Positions 1-10,878 are shown, counted from the first letter of the stretch. The stretch: DNA of 64,000 bases from an uncultured Alphaproteobacteria bacterium (GCA_963723755.1 CAVRSS010000102.1:377-64376), one strand, 5' to 3'. Made by a program: numbers and translations. Notes: a model not told the origin generated them from the sequence alone.

Positions 1-616
1 GGCTCTATGCGGGCTCGGCCGCGCAGGGGATGATCCTTTCCGGCACGGCCCACACCGTGTTGACCGTGGGCACGGACTGGTCGCAACATCGGACAAATCC
101 GACCGCAGCGACCAGTCCTCTTCGGCGACGGGGCGGGGGCAGCGATCATTTCCTCGGGCGGCAACCGGCGGTCGCATCGATCGGGTCGTGCTCGGGCGCC
201 GACACCGCGGCCTGCACATGGCCCGCCGCTGCGAGCCGGGCTACGCGGTGCGCAACGGCCACGGCGACATCGACCCCTGGATACGGATCGACGGCCCCGC
301 CCTGTTCCGCTTCGCCACCGAGAGCTTCACCACCATTATCCGCGAGGCAATCGCCCGCAGCGGCTGGAGCCCCGACGAGACCCGCTGGATCATTCCGCAC
401 CAGGCCAACGGCCGGATCCTGAAAGCCGCCGCGAAACGCAGCGGCGTGGGCTTCGACCGCTTCTTCCTCAACGTCGAGCACGTCGGAAACACTTCCAGTG
501 CCAGCATCCCGCTGGCGATCATCGAAGCCGAAAACGGCCTCCAGCCGGGCGATAAGCTGGTGCTCTGCTCGGTGGGAGCCGGCATGACCACGGCCGCCGT
601 CTCCGTCGAGTGGTAG
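1..616 (+). CDS. 3-oxoacyl-ACP synthase III (FabH/KAS III family), C-terminal part; start outside window, apparent indels near 100-200
   Basis: IIPHQANGRIL and GNTSSASIPLA motifs, GDKLVLCSVGAGMT C-terminus; stop TAG at 614-616. Confidence 0.85.
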   Translation, partial: ALCGLGRAGDDPFRHGPHRVDRGHGLVATSDKSDRSDQSSSATGRGQRSFPRAATGGRIDRVVLGRRHRGLHMARRCEPGYAVRNGHGDIDPWIRIDGPALFRFATESFTTIIREAIARSGWSPDETRWIIPHQANGRILKAAAKRSGVGFDRFFLNVEHVGNTSSASIPLAIIEAENGLQPGDKLVLCSVGAGMTTAAVSVEW

Positions 617-659
617 CGTGCGTGAAACGCACCGATTCGACCTATTCTCCGATGTCGCC

Positions 660-1851
660 TCAGTGCCGCACGATCCACCGCAGCAGCACGACCGCCGGGA
701 CGGAGAATCACGTTGCCCATCCAGAACGAGATCGGCGGCAGCGTGCCGGACGTCGAAAGGTCTTCGCCGAACATCAACAGCGGATAGTACACCGCCAAGA
801 TCGGCAGAAAGCAGACGAAGAAATTCGTCAGCCCGTCGGCGTGACGCCAGAGCATGGCCACCGGCATGCCGATCAGCGCGAAGCACAGGCAGGTGAAACC
901 GTTCGACCAGCGGCGGTACGGCTCGGTCCGCAGGCGGTAGATCAGGACGTTGCTTGTCGGCGATCTGGGCGGCGATCTGCGCGGCGTCGTCGCGGGAGGC
1001 CGCCACGCCGAGGGCCTTGTTGGCCTCGCGAAGCTTCTCCAGTGACCGCAAGTTCTTCTGCAGCAGGCCGATCTCGGCTTGAAGTTCGGCGATCAGGCCG
1101 GGAATGTCCCGCTGGCCACCCAATCGCGGTGGCGCCGGTCCCAGGTGGGCTTGGGAAGCGGCACCGAGTACCGTTGCTCGCCGACGAACGCATTGAAGTG
1201 CCCGTCGTCGACGTCGATCTCGCCGTTGCGGCAGATGATCTCCAGCGTGCCGGCCTTCCAATTGGTGTGGAATTCCGCTTCGGCGGCGGTGATCGTGACT
1301 TTGTGCTGGCCCGGCTGGCTCTTAAACGTGATCGTCGGCTGGATGAGGATTCGGTGGCCGTCGCGGTTTTCGACGCCTTTCACGGTGATGGAGAACAGGT
1401 CGCAGTCGAACGACGTTTCTTCTGCAGCCTGCTGAAGGCGATTTCCTCGATCGATTCGCAGACCAGCCGCCTGAAACTGGGCCGGCACCAGGTGGCGGCA
1501 ATCTCGTACATCCAGACCGTGCCCAGACTCGTAAAGGCGGCCAGCGCCAGCACCGGCCAGACCACGGCCATGGGACTGATGCCCAGCGACTTCAGGGCCA
1601 CCATCTCGTTGGCGCCGGTCATCCGGCCGAACACAATGCTGACCGCGAACAGCATGGCCACGGGAATGGTGATGCCCAGCATTTCCGGCAGGATGAAGGG
1701 CATGATCTGGAACATCACAGCGGCGGAAACCCCTCGTCAGAATCCCCCGCTTGAACCCCATGCCAAAGGTGAAGAACAGCGTCAGGGCCACCAACGCCGC
1801 CAAGAAATACTTCAGCACCTCCCAGACCACGTACCGCGTCAAGATGTACAT
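660..1851 (-). CDS. LptF/LptG family permease (several apparent indels)
   Basis: MYILTRYVVWEVLKYF N-terminus; PEMLGITIPVAMLFAVSIVFGRMTGANEMVALKSLGISP; C-terminal FFVCFLPILAVYYP...WMGNV helices, spread over several frames. Confidence 0.8.
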
Positions 1852-2011
1852 GGGCTGAATTGTGGGGGCAAAGGGGGAGGCGGGTCAAGGTCAGAAACGA
1901 GCCGGGTTCCATGGCTTACCCAGTTTTCCCCGCCCATTGGCCTTGACCTCTATCGGCGTAGACCAGTTATCTTTCGGCCCGGAAACCTCTGATGGCGGGA
2001 ATGGGGAACGC

Positions 2012-3284
2012 ATGGATGCGTATTGGCTGACGGCCTACCTGATTCTGGCGGGGCTGGTGATCGTCGAGTCGCTGCTGCTGGCGCTGCTGACGTGGGAGCA
2101 CTGCCGCTACGTGCGGAGTTGCATGCGCACGGCGGAGCAGCATCAGCCGACCGGCCGGGTCGCCCTGTTCGCCCCCTGCAAGGGCCTCGATCTCGACCTG
2201 GAGGCGAATCTCCGCGCCTGTTGGAGCAGGACTACGACGACTATGAAATCACGTTCATCGTCGAGAGCACCGACGATCCGGCCTGCCCGGCGATCCGCCG
2301 CGCGATGGCGGCGCATCCTTGGGTGCCGGCGCGGGTGGTGGTCGCCGGACGGGCGACCGACAGCGGCCAGAAGGTCCACAATCTCCGCGTGGCCACGGAA
2401 CACCTTTCGCAGCAGATCAAGTACCTGGCGTTCGTCGATTCCGACGCCCGGCCCGGCCCGCAGTGGCTGCGGTCGCTGGTCGCGCGGCTGGACCAGCCGG
2501 ACGTGGGGGCGGTGACCGGCTATCGCTGGTTCACGCCCGAGCAGGCCCACGCTGGCCAACGCCCTGGTCTACAGCATGAATTGCGACGTGATTTCGCTGC
2601 TGACCCGCAGCAGCCATTACCTGATTTGGGGCGGCTCGTGGGCGATCCGCCGCGAGGTGTTCGACGCCATCGGCCTGCGCAACGCCTGGCAGGGCACCTT
2701 GAGCGACGACCTGGTGGCCAGCCGGCTGATGCGGCGCTCGCGGCTCCAGGTCCGCTTCGAGCCGGCCTGCGTGGTGGCCTCGCCCTTGGACCAATCGCTG
2801 GGCCATGCCATGTCGTTCATCCGCCGCCAGTACGTGATCGCCCGCCTGTACACCTTCGACTGGTGGTTCTTCTCGCTCTTGGCCGCCACGTTCACCAACC
2901 TGATCTGGCTCGGCAACCTGGGCGTGTTGGCGTGGAGCCTGTTGACCGGCTCGCCGTCGCCGTGGATTCCGATCGCCGTCGGCGCGGTGCTCTATGCGGT
3001 GGCGGTCTATCGCGGCTGCGCTGCGTCAGGGCCTGGTCAAGGCCTACTTCCCGCATTGGGAAAAGGCCTCCCGCCGCATTCAGCGCTTCGACATCTGGGC
3101 GAACCCGCTGGTGGAACTGGCCCATTGGATCGGCGTGGCCAGTGCGGCGGTCGGGCGTCACATTCTCTGGCGCGGCATCCGCTATCACGTGCTCCCCGGC
3201 GGGCAGGTGCAGGAGATCATCCGCAACGACGCCGAAGCGGAGGGCGTGGAACAGGCGGCTATGCTCTTCCAGGAAGCGGCCTGA
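2012..3284 (+). CDS. Membrane-bound GT2 glycosyltransferase, ceramide-glucosyltransferase/HpnI-like (about 3 apparent indels)
   Basis: FAPCKG, GQKVHNL, AFVDSD (DxD), GGSWAI, LSDD, RRQ, WRGIRY motifs recovered across frames. Confidence 0.75.
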
Positions 3285-3419
3285 CGGGATGGAAAGCGGC
3301 TGATCTCCCGGAAGCGTTCTTTCGGCAAGTCTTGCCGTGACTTGCAAATTGGCCCGAGCCGGGTAAACTAGACTTCTGCGTGTCTGCTGCGGCAAGCTGC
3401 GCTTCCTCGAGGTCTCCCC

Positions 3420-4349
3420 ATGAACAAGTCCGTGTTTCTCACCACGATGGGCCAGACATTTTCCCGCCGCGATCTGCTGCGCGCCGCTGTGGCCGGCGGC
3501 GCAGGGGCCGTCTTGGCCTGGCCGCTAATCGACCGTGAAAGCCGCGCCGATGACCCGCAGCAGGGCGTCTGCGTCACGCTCTGCAGCCATTGGAGCTACA
3601 TCGGCATCGGCTGGCAGTTGGGAATCGAATCGTGCGTGCTCTCGGTGATCGACGCCCTGGGGATGGCCGATCGCCCGCCCCACGTGAAGACTTGCCTCAA
3701 TATGGACGCCCGGGCCTACGAGGTGATCGCCGAGCAGTTCCCCGAAGTCGCCGGCGGCTCAAGGAATACCTCGCCGAAGGAAAAGTGGAACTGATCGGCG
3801 GGACCTACGCCCAGCCCATGGGAACAACGTTCAGCGGCGAATCGAACATCCGGCAGTTGGTCGTCGGGCGGGAGACGATCCGCAAGGCACTGGACTACGA
3901 GATGGTCACCTTCCTGGAGGAAGAGGAGTTCACGCATCCGCAGGTCCCGCAGATCGTGGCCCAATCAGGCTTCCGCTACGCCAGCCTGGCCCAGTGCGAT
4001 ACCTGGGGTCGGGCGGGCTGCCCGGTCCTCGATTTCAACGCCATCCGCTGGAAGGGCATCGACGGCACGACGATTCGAGCCATTCCCAAGAACCCCTTGT
4101 TCGGCTACCCGCCCGATCTGAAGAAGCTCGCCGCGTTGCCGGTTTTCAAGAAGCTCCAAGCCTTGGGGAAGCCGCTGATCTTCACCTGGGCGGAGTTCGG
4201 CTGGGAGTCGGCCGAACAACCGTCGTATCTCACGACCCCGGCGAAGTACAAGGAGTTTGCCGAGCGGATGCCGGTCGAGTTCGTCACCTGCAAGGAATAC
4301 CTGGACAAGTACGGGCAGAATCCGCGGGAAGACGTCTACCTGCCGATGG
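3420..4349 (+). CDS. Tat-exported glycoside hydrolase/deacetylase-fold protein (GH38/GH57 N-terminal-like), truncated at the junction
   Basis: FSRRDLL Tat motif; EGKVELIGGTYAQP, SGESNIRQLVVG, PQVPQI, WKGIDGTTI; one indel near 3750; homology breaks at ~4349. Confidence 0.6.
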
Positions 4350-4454
4350 TATCATAACCAGAAGCGGAAATATGATGGCTGCCTCGATGGCGATCGTGCC
4401 CCGCTCCCCGGCTCGCCAGCGCGACATTCGCCGCCCTAGCGTTGGAAATCGCAC
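4350..4454 (-). CDS. TadE/TadF-like pseudopilin, N-terminal fragment cut by the junction (not in ORF track)
   Basis: Minus strand reads (V)RFPTLGRRMSRWRAGERG|TIAIEAAIIFPLLVMI: prepilin G with E at +5 and hydrophobic helix; directly downstream of tadE. Confidence 0.7.
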
Positions 4455-4495
4455 TCTTCCGAAAAGCTGCCGTGCTTGCCATTATTGGCCACCAC

Positions 4496-5062
4496 CTATG
4501 GCTCATTGCGAAACGCGAAACTCGACCGAAGGAGGTAATTGCCGTCGCCAAGGTTGGCGAGGGCCGCGCTAATAAGGGGCGTTCTCAGCGGCCACTCATA
4601 GAAGGCGGTGAGGAGGACAATGGCTCCAGGGCCGCCCAGCGAATAGGGGAAAGTGGTTTGCAGTGCGCCATTCTGGTCGACCGCGCCTGGGACGGCAATT
4701 CCCGCGAATGTCGCAAAGGTTTGCACGCTGAGTTGCACCTTTGTGGTGCAGTTGGAGAGGATGACAACGTTCTGGCAAAGCTGCGCTCGTAATTGAGTGG
4801 CGGTATATCCCGCGTTCTGGGCTTGACGCGTCCGCACCAGCCGGGCGGCCGCGGCGGTGGCGTTTTCCAGCTCGTAACCGGCCCAAAAGATCAGGCCGAC
4901 CTCAAGGATCCCCATGATCAGCAATAAGAAGGGAATGGCGATAATTGCGAACTCGACAGCCGTGACGCCTCTGCGCCGGTGAAGAAAATTGCGCAAGCTC
5001 CTGGCAAGGCACCGCTTCGGCCGGACGCAGGCGCTATCATCACAATGACTTTTCTGTTTCAC
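4496..5062 (-). CDS. tadE: TadE/TadG family pseudopilin (start uncertain, GTG 5062 used)
   Basis: RRG|VTAVEFAIIAIPF, GILEVG, AARLVRT, C-terminal AFRNEP. Confidence 0.85.
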   Translation of the reverse strand: MKQKSHCDDSACVRPKRCLARSLRNFLHRRRGVTAVEFAIIAIPFLLLIMGILEVGLIFWAGYELENATAAAARLVRTRQAQNAGYTATQLRAQLCQNVVILSNCTTKVQLSVQTFATFAGIAVPGAVDQNGALQTTFPYSLGGPGAIVLLTAFYEWPLRTPLISAALANLGDGNYLLRSSFAFRNEP

Positions 5063-5202
5063 GTCCAGTATCCGAAAACCAAGAAGTCTCTTTTTTTCCG
5101 CGCCAGCGGGCCGAAACAACCCAAGAGGTTGCATTCTGTGACATACACGCTAAACGTGTTCAATCTGCAATTTTCTATTCATACCCGGCGCAGGTTGCAA
5201 CC

Positions 5203-6864
5203 ATGTTTCGAAACATCGTCAAAAAAGCATGTGGCGTCGGCAGGGAAGAGCGAAGCGTCATCGCGTTGTTGTTTGCGATCTTGATCCTGCCGCTGCTGAC
5301 GGTCATGGCGATAGCCGTCGACCTTGGCCAATTCCTGGTCATGAAGCAGCAACTGCAATCCGCCCTTGATTCTGCCGCTTTGAACGTCGGGCAGGCGACA
5401 ACCCTTTCCAACGAGGACGCCGCCACCCAGGCCCAAGCCTTCATCACCGCGAACTACCCGAACTTGTCAACGATCGGAACACTGCAGTCCGTTACGGTCA
5501 CGCACACGACGACTTCGACGGTCATTACCGCAACCGCGTCGATGAACACGAACTTTCTGCAGATCATTGGCTATCGCACAATGGGAGTTTCCGTCAGTTC
5601 AGAGATCTCCGTGGTTGAGAACAAGCTCGAAGTCGTTCTCGTGCTCGACAACACGGGCTCTATGAACAACACATATGGCACTATGACTGGGATGAATGGG
5701 CTCAAGACCGCTGCCACAACGCTCGTCAACACGCTTTTTGCGAACGATCCCACGTTGAAATACGTGAAGATCGGCGTCGTTCCGTTCACGGCCACTGTGA
5801 ACGTGGGGACTCAATATGCCAGCGCGTCCTGGATCGATAACCAAAACGCGGCTAATTCCATGTCGCAAGAGAATATCAGCGTTCCCATCGGCACCGGTCT
5901 TATCACCTATGCCAACAACTTGGCCTCCGCCGCACACCAATCGTCTTGGGCCTGGGGCGGATGCGTCCGGCAAAGAACCGAACCTTATGACGTTCTGGAT
6001 GAGGCTCCGTCGACCAGCTATCCAGACACCCTCTATACGCCGTATTTCGCGCCTGACGAACCAGATTGCTGCACAACTTTGAATAACTCTAACACTTCCT
6101 TCTACAATAGCTATTTGAGCGATGGTAATTCGAGCACGTTGTGCCGCAACGGGCTTCAGTACCCTTACAAAACAACTGCGGACGAGAAAACCGTTCAGAA
6201 ATGCGTTTTGAAATATTCTGCCCCCACCGTGAAAAATGCAGATGGGCCGAACTCTATATGTACACCCCAGCCAATTATCAGGCTTACGAACGACAAAACC
6301 GCCATCTTGAATGAAATCAACGCCATGTCGGCCGCAGGCGCTACGGTCGTGCCGGTAGGCTTGATGTGGGGATGGCATCTTCTATCGCCGAACGGCCCTT
6401 TCAGCGATGGCGTTGCCTACACGAATACGGATACTGTCAAGGCAATCATCCTTGTCACCGACGGGCAGAATGATGTGCAGACGAATGGTTCCACCGTGCC
6501 AACGAACGGCTTCAATAAGTCTGTCTACAACGCTTACGGCTACGGAAGCGGTCCTCACCTGAACATTTTATCGCTCCCAGCTTCGCTGAGCGGCATTCAG
6601 GATCCCTCGAACTATAATATCGACCAGAAAGAGGTCCAGCTCTGCAACAATATAAAGGCGGAGAAGGACGCTAACGGAAATACGGGCCGCATCAAGATTT
6701 ATGCGATCGGATTCGGCAGTTCCATCAGTAGCAGCGCGCTGACGCTCTTGTCGCAATGCGCGACCAGCCCGGCGCAATACTTCTACAATCCGACCTCGGA
6801 AAGCCTGGTCGCGACGTTTAAGTCGATTGCGGTCGGACTCAATCAGCTTCGTATTTCACAGTAA
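5203..6864 (+). CDS. tadG: TadG-like pilus assembly protein with vWA domain
   Basis: Tad N-terminus AVDLG...LQSALDSAAL; MIDAS-like VLDNTGSM; WGGCV, GLMWGW, LVTDG. Confidence 0.85.
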   Translation: MFRNIVKKACGVGREERSVIALLFAILILPLLTVMAIAVDLGQFLVMKQQLQSALDSAALNVGQATTLSNEDAATQAQAFITANYPNLSTIGTLQSVTVTHTTTSTVITATASMNTNFLQIIGYRTMGVSVSSEISVVENKLEVVLVLDNTGSMNNTYGTMTGMNGLKTAATTLVNTLFANDPTLKYVKIGVVPFTATVNVGTQYASASWIDNQNAANSMSQENISVPIGTGLITYANNLASAAHQSSWAWGGCVRQRTEPYDVLDEAPSTSYPDTLYTPYFAPDEPDCCTTLNNSNTSFYNSYLSDGNSSTLCRNGLQYPYKTTADEKTVQKCVLKYSAPTVKNADGPNSICTPQPIIRLTNDKTAILNEINAMSAAGATVVPVGLMWGWHLLSPNGPFSDGVAYTNTDTVKAIILVTDGQNDVQTNGSTVPTNGFNKSVYNAYGYGSGPHLNILSLPASLSGIQDPSNYNIDQKEVQLCNNIKAEKDANGNTGRIKIYAIGFGSSISSSALTLLSQCATSPAQYFYNPTSESLVATFKSIAVGLNQLRISQ

Positions 6865-7085
6865 TCCCCGTTTTTGCACAACCCTTGGATAACTTCCTGG
6901 CAAAGTACGACCTAAGATTGTGGTCAGGGAGAGAATCACAGCACGTCTGGAGTCGCCGCTGCCGTTCTGTCAAGTGAGCAGGCAGCGAAGGACAAAGTTG
7001 GTCCTTGCCATGGGTTGATTGTCCAGTTTGCGCGCCGGCGGGAAGTCCGCCGGCATCGCAGGCGTGTGACATAGGGGGCACGGTT

Positions 7086-8567
7086 ATGTTGCGGACGCTG
7101 ATTAGACAGTATCATCGCGTAAAGAGCCAACCTTCAGGGCGGCTCTGCCGACGTGTGGCGCTAGCTTCTTTTGCAGCGATTTGGATCCAAGCCGGAGAGG
7201 TCCGTTCGCAAGGCGTCTACGCTGTCGACGAAGCGCCGGTTCGCCGGCTTCAAGTCACGCGTTTCAAGTCGCGGACCTTCACTTTGCGCACGCCCTTTAG
7301 CTCCGCGGTTGTCGGCTCTCCCGAAATTGCGGATGTCTTGCCGATATCCGACCGCGTGCTTTACCTCCAGGGAAAAAAGGCGGGCACCACCAATGTGTCG
7401 GTCTTCGGCGCCGATAAGAAACTGTTCCAGGTTTTCGATGTCGTCGTCGTCCCTGACACACAAACGGTTGCGGAGAGAATCCGCTCCGATACGGGAGGCC
7501 GCGGTATCCGCGTATCGAGCAGCCAGGAACAAATCGTCCTGAGCGGAGAAGCCGTCAATTCGGTCGAAGCCGAGCATGCCCTGGAAATCGCCAAGAGCGC
7601 TTCTCCGGAAACGCCGGTCATCAACCTGATGAAGGTCGCACCCAGCCAGCAAGTGTTGCTCAAGGTGCGCTTTCTCGAGGCCAGCCGCAGCGCGGAACGG
7701 GATGTCGGCGTCAACCTTTTCGGCGCTAACAGGGCTGGGACGAGCGGCGTCAATACGGGGGTGAGCCAACTTAATGGGTCAGTCGCGACGGGGCTCCCTT
7801 TGCTGCACACGCTTGCAACGCTGACAGGCGGGTCGGGCGCCACGCCATTCGTGACAGCAATCGGAAGTATCGGCAATGTCGACGTTCTGATTTCGGCCCT
7901 GGAGTCGAAGGGGCTTGTACGGGAACTGGCCGAGCCCGATCTCGTCGCCTTGTCCGGCGATACGGCAAGCTTCCTGGCCGGCGGCGAGGTTCCGATTCCC
8001 GTTGTCCAGCCGTCCTCCGGTTCGACGCCGACAATCACGGTCGACTACAAGCAGTTCGGCGTTCAACTCACCTTCCAGCCGACCGTGCTCGCAAATGGCA
8101 TCATCAATCTCCGGCTCACGCCGTCGGTCAGCGAACTGGATTATGCAAACGCGATCCAGAACCAGGGCTTCCTGATCCCGGCCCTGAAGAAGAGAGAAGC
8201 CCGCACAACAATTGAACTTCGCGACGGGCAAACCTTTGCCATTGCGGGTCTGCTTCAGAGCGAAGGTCTGCGGAACATCAACCAGGTTCCCTGGATTGGC
8301 ACGGTTCCCGTGCTCGGCACGCTGTTCCGCAGTTCGGCTTACCAGCAGAAAGAAACGGATCTGGTTGTCATCGTCACCCCGCAGATCGTTGCGCCCATTG
8401 TCCCCGGGCAGCGGGTTGCGTCGCCTCTCGACTCGCATCTGCCGAGCAACGACATCGATTTCTTCCTGCTTGGCCAAACCGATGTGCCGAAGAAATACTC
8501 CGAATATGTGACGTCGGGCGGCGGCCTGGCGGGTCCTTACGGTCATATTGTTCCGCTGGGTAATTAG
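7086..8567 (+). CDS. cpaC: Tad secretin CpaC/RcpA
   Basis: VGSPEIADV...GKKAGTTNV N-domain; QVLLKVRFLE, LAEPDLVALSGDTASFLAGGEVPIP, VPWIGTVPVLGTLFRS, ETDLVVIVTP. Confidence 0.92.
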   Translation: MLRTLIRQYHRVKSQPSGRLCRRVALASFAAIWIQAGEVRSQGVYAVDEAPVRRLQVTRFKSRTFTLRTPFSSAVVGSPEIADVLPISDRVLYLQGKKAGTTNVSVFGADKKLFQVFDVVVVPDTQTVAERIRSDTGGRGIRVSSSQEQIVLSGEAVNSVEAEHALEIAKSASPETPVINLMKVAPSQQVLLKVRFLEASRSAERDVGVNLFGANRAGTSGVNTGVSQLNGSVATGLPLLHTLATLTGGSGATPFVTAIGSIGNVDVLISALESKGLVRELAEPDLVALSGDTASFLAGGEVPIPVVQPSSGSTPTITVDYKQFGVQLTFQPTVLANGIINLRLTPSVSELDYANAIQNQGFLIPALKKREARTTIELRDGQTFAIAGLLQSEGLRNINQVPWIGTVPVLGTLFRSSAYQQKETDLVVIVTPQIVAPIVPGQRVASPLDSHLPSNDIDFFLLGQTDVPKKYSEYVTSGGGLAGPYGHIVPLGN

Positions 8568-8591
8568 CTCCGAGTAAAGAAGGTTTTGCAC

Positions 8592-8930
8592 ATGTCAAAG
8601 TTGATAAGTTTCAGTGCTCTGGCCTTTACGGCGGCTGCCTCGGCCGCGTTGGCGGGCGATCAGAGTTTCGATGACATCTTCGGGTATTATTTTCATCGAA
8701 CCGATTCAATAACGGTCGGCGCGGGCGACGCCAAGAATGTGAATGCGGCGTCTGAAATGCTGGACCCGTGGCCACCCTATGTCAGGAACCGCAGCCTGCC
8801 GGCCAATGGTTCGCGTATGACGGGAGCCGTTCAACGCTATCAGGATGTGCGCAAGCTGAAGGATGCTCCGCCGCCCCTGTCTCCCGAATCCATAAACCCC
8901 ATCGGATTTTCGTCCAGTCAATCGAAATGA
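8592..8930 (+). CDS. Small exported Tad-associated protein (CpaD-like position)
   Basis: Signal peptide; RTDSITVGAGDAKNVNAASEMLDPWP; directly after cpaC. Confidence 0.6.
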   Translation: MSKLISFSALAFTAAASAALAGDQSFDDIFGYYFHRTDSITVGAGDAKNVNAASEMLDPWPPYVRNRSLPANGSRMTGAVQRYQDVRKLKDAPPPLSPESINPIGFSSSQSK

Positions 8931-9503
8931 TGGAGGCGCGTGTGACCACGGACCGGTCTCAAGCTCTCTGCCGGGTTAAGGGTCGCCTTCTGACTTGGAG
9001 GCGAGCCTTCGCCGCGGTGGCCCTTATGCTCTCGGGATGCGGAGCGATTGACAACACCAGTGCCCCCACGACGCTCACCGTGCAGGAGCCAGCCAGCGAG
9101 AAATATATTCCATCCGACGAGCCTTACCGCCTGGGAGCGGAGTATTTCAATCGCGGCGCCTACGGGTTGGCTGAACGCTACTTCCGCGATGCGGTGGAGA
9201 AGGCGCCGGAAGACGGCGGGGCATGGGGGGCGCTCGCTTCCAGCTACGACCAGCTGAGGCGTTTCGATCTTGCGGATCGCGCCTATCAGCGCGCGATCGC
9301 ACTCTGCGGGGAGACGCCCCAGATTTCTGAACAATCAAGGATATTCACAGATGTTGCGGGGAAATCTCAAATCCGCGCGCCGGAAGTTTCTCCAGGCTTC
9401 CACGCTCGATCCGGGCAACCCCACGATCCTGAACAATATAAGGCTGCTGGACGGCAGCCAGCCCTATATAGGGCCTGCCTCCTGGGGCGCTCACATTCAA
9501 TAG
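8927..9503 (+). CDS. tadD: TadD-like TPR lipoprotein (one apparent indel near 9320)
   Basis: Lipobox LSGC; TPRs AERYFRDAVE, SYDQLRRFDLADRAY, LNNQGYSQMLRG, DPGNPTILNN. Confidence 0.75.
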
Positions 9504-9530
9504 AGTATGGCTCGGTGAGGCGTCCCGGTC

Positions 9531-10469
9531 TTACCCGGCTTTGAAAGTATCCATGATCTTGATGACAGCCGGGCCGCCGACAATCAGGAAGATCGTGGGC
9601 ATAATCAGCAGCATCACCGGAAATGTCAGAAGCCCCGGCAAGCGGTTGGCGCGTTCCTCCAACCGGAGCAGGAGGTCGTTTCGCATCTCGATGGCGGCCG
9701 TGCGCAACGACTGCGCGAGCGGCGTGCCAAAACGCATGCTCTGAGACAGCGTGCTGACAACCGAACGCAAACTTGGAAGATCCATGCGGTCCGCCAGGTT
9801 GAGCAGCGCCTGATCTCGATTTGGAAAGATGCTGATCTGTGCCCAGGTGAGCGCCAGTTCGGCCGCCAGAGCCGGTTGCGTATGGCGCAGTTCGCGAGCC
9901 ACCCGCTGAAGCCCGCTTTCCAGAGAAACGCCGGCGTCGGCGCATATCGCCAAGAGTTCGATCGCATCCGGGAGGCCCAACGCCACCGCTTTGCGGTATT
10001 TCGCCATAGCGAACCTGACAATCATAATGGGCATGTACCATCCGGCCGCGGCGGAGCCCGTGGCTATCAGCAAAGGCAGCGGCCACGTTGTCTTGTGGCC
10101 GGCAAGGTAAGCGAGAGAGGCAAGGACCGCGATCGCGCTCACTCTTATGAGCGTGAAGTATAAAATCGCGGGATCGGGCTCGACATTATATTTGGCGAAG
10201 AACCGGGCGATCTGCCGCTGCTCGGGCACCGAAAGGCCTTGCGTTCCATCTTCGTACTGATGGTCGTCCCTCGGAGCGGACTGCTCGGGCGCCAAGTCCC
10301 TGCCGGCGGGCCGGAATTGCACCATCTCCACACGCCGTGCGATCGTGCGCGTGCGAACGCGCATGCTGGAAAAGATCAGGGCAGCGCCGCCCAGAAGAAT
10401 GGGGGCCATTGCCAGGAAGGGGGCAATGCGGCCGAAGGAAGAGAGATGGGAAACAAAGGCATGAGGCAT
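9531..10469 (-). CDS. tadC: TadC (T2SS-F family) platform protein
   Basis: GLPDAIELLAICADAG, LSQSMRFGTPLAQSLR, EERANRLP. Confidence 0.88.
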   Translation of the reverse strand: MPHAFVSHLSSFGRIAPFLAMAPILLGGAALIFSSMRVRTRTIARRVEMVQFRPAGRDLAPEQSAPRDDHQYEDGTQGLSVPEQRQIARFFAKYNVEPDPAILYFTLIRVSAIAVLASLAYLAGHKTTWPLPLLIATGSAAAGWYMPIMIVRFAMAKYRKAVALGLPDAIELLAICADAGVSLESGLQRVARELRHTQPALAAELALTWAQISIFPNRDQALLNLADRMDLPSLRSVVSTLSQSMRFGTPLAQSLRTAAIEMRNDLLLRLEERANRLPGLLTFPVMLLIMPTIFLIVGGPAVIKIMDTFKAG

Positions 10470-10546
10470 CGTGGCTTCCTCAGATCATGCCGCCATTAAT
10501 CGCAGTCGGTTCAAGGCGGGAAAGTTTATCGCTTCTAAAGTGCTAG

Positions 10547-10878
10547 CAGGCTGGCGAAGAACGCTGTTGCCCATGGTTCGACAGGCTCACCATGAGGGTT
10601 CGGCAGGCTCACCATAAGGATCAACTCATTGAAAACACTCGACCACATCTCGAGCCCATCGAAGACCTCATCCTGAGCTTGTCGAAGACCTCATCCTGAG
10701 CTTGTCGAAGCCTCATCCTGAGCTTGTCGAAGCCTCATCCTGAGCTTGTCGAAGGATGAAGCCAAGATTTCGTGCTTTTCCAACAGGCTGCTGAAAAACG
10801 CTGTTGCCCATGGTTCGACAGGCTCACCATGAGGGTTCGACAGGCTCACCATGAGGATCGACTTATTGAAAACACTCA
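10547..10878 (+). repeat. Two head-to-tail copies of the composite MITE/REP-doublet element
   Basis: CTAG|CAGGCTGGCGAAGA; left arm GGTTCGRCAGGCTCACCATRAG x2; spacer TTGAAAACACTC; right arm CCTCATCCTGAGCTTGTCGAAG x4 plus one degenerate; second copy starts CAGGCTGCTGAAAAA at 10784 and ends at the tadB stop. Confidence 0.9.

Noticed and set aside
1-4349. Horizontally acquired Planctomycete island
   Set aside because: Genes on both sides are cut at one point and no mobility signature exists; more likely an assembly or concatenation boundary.
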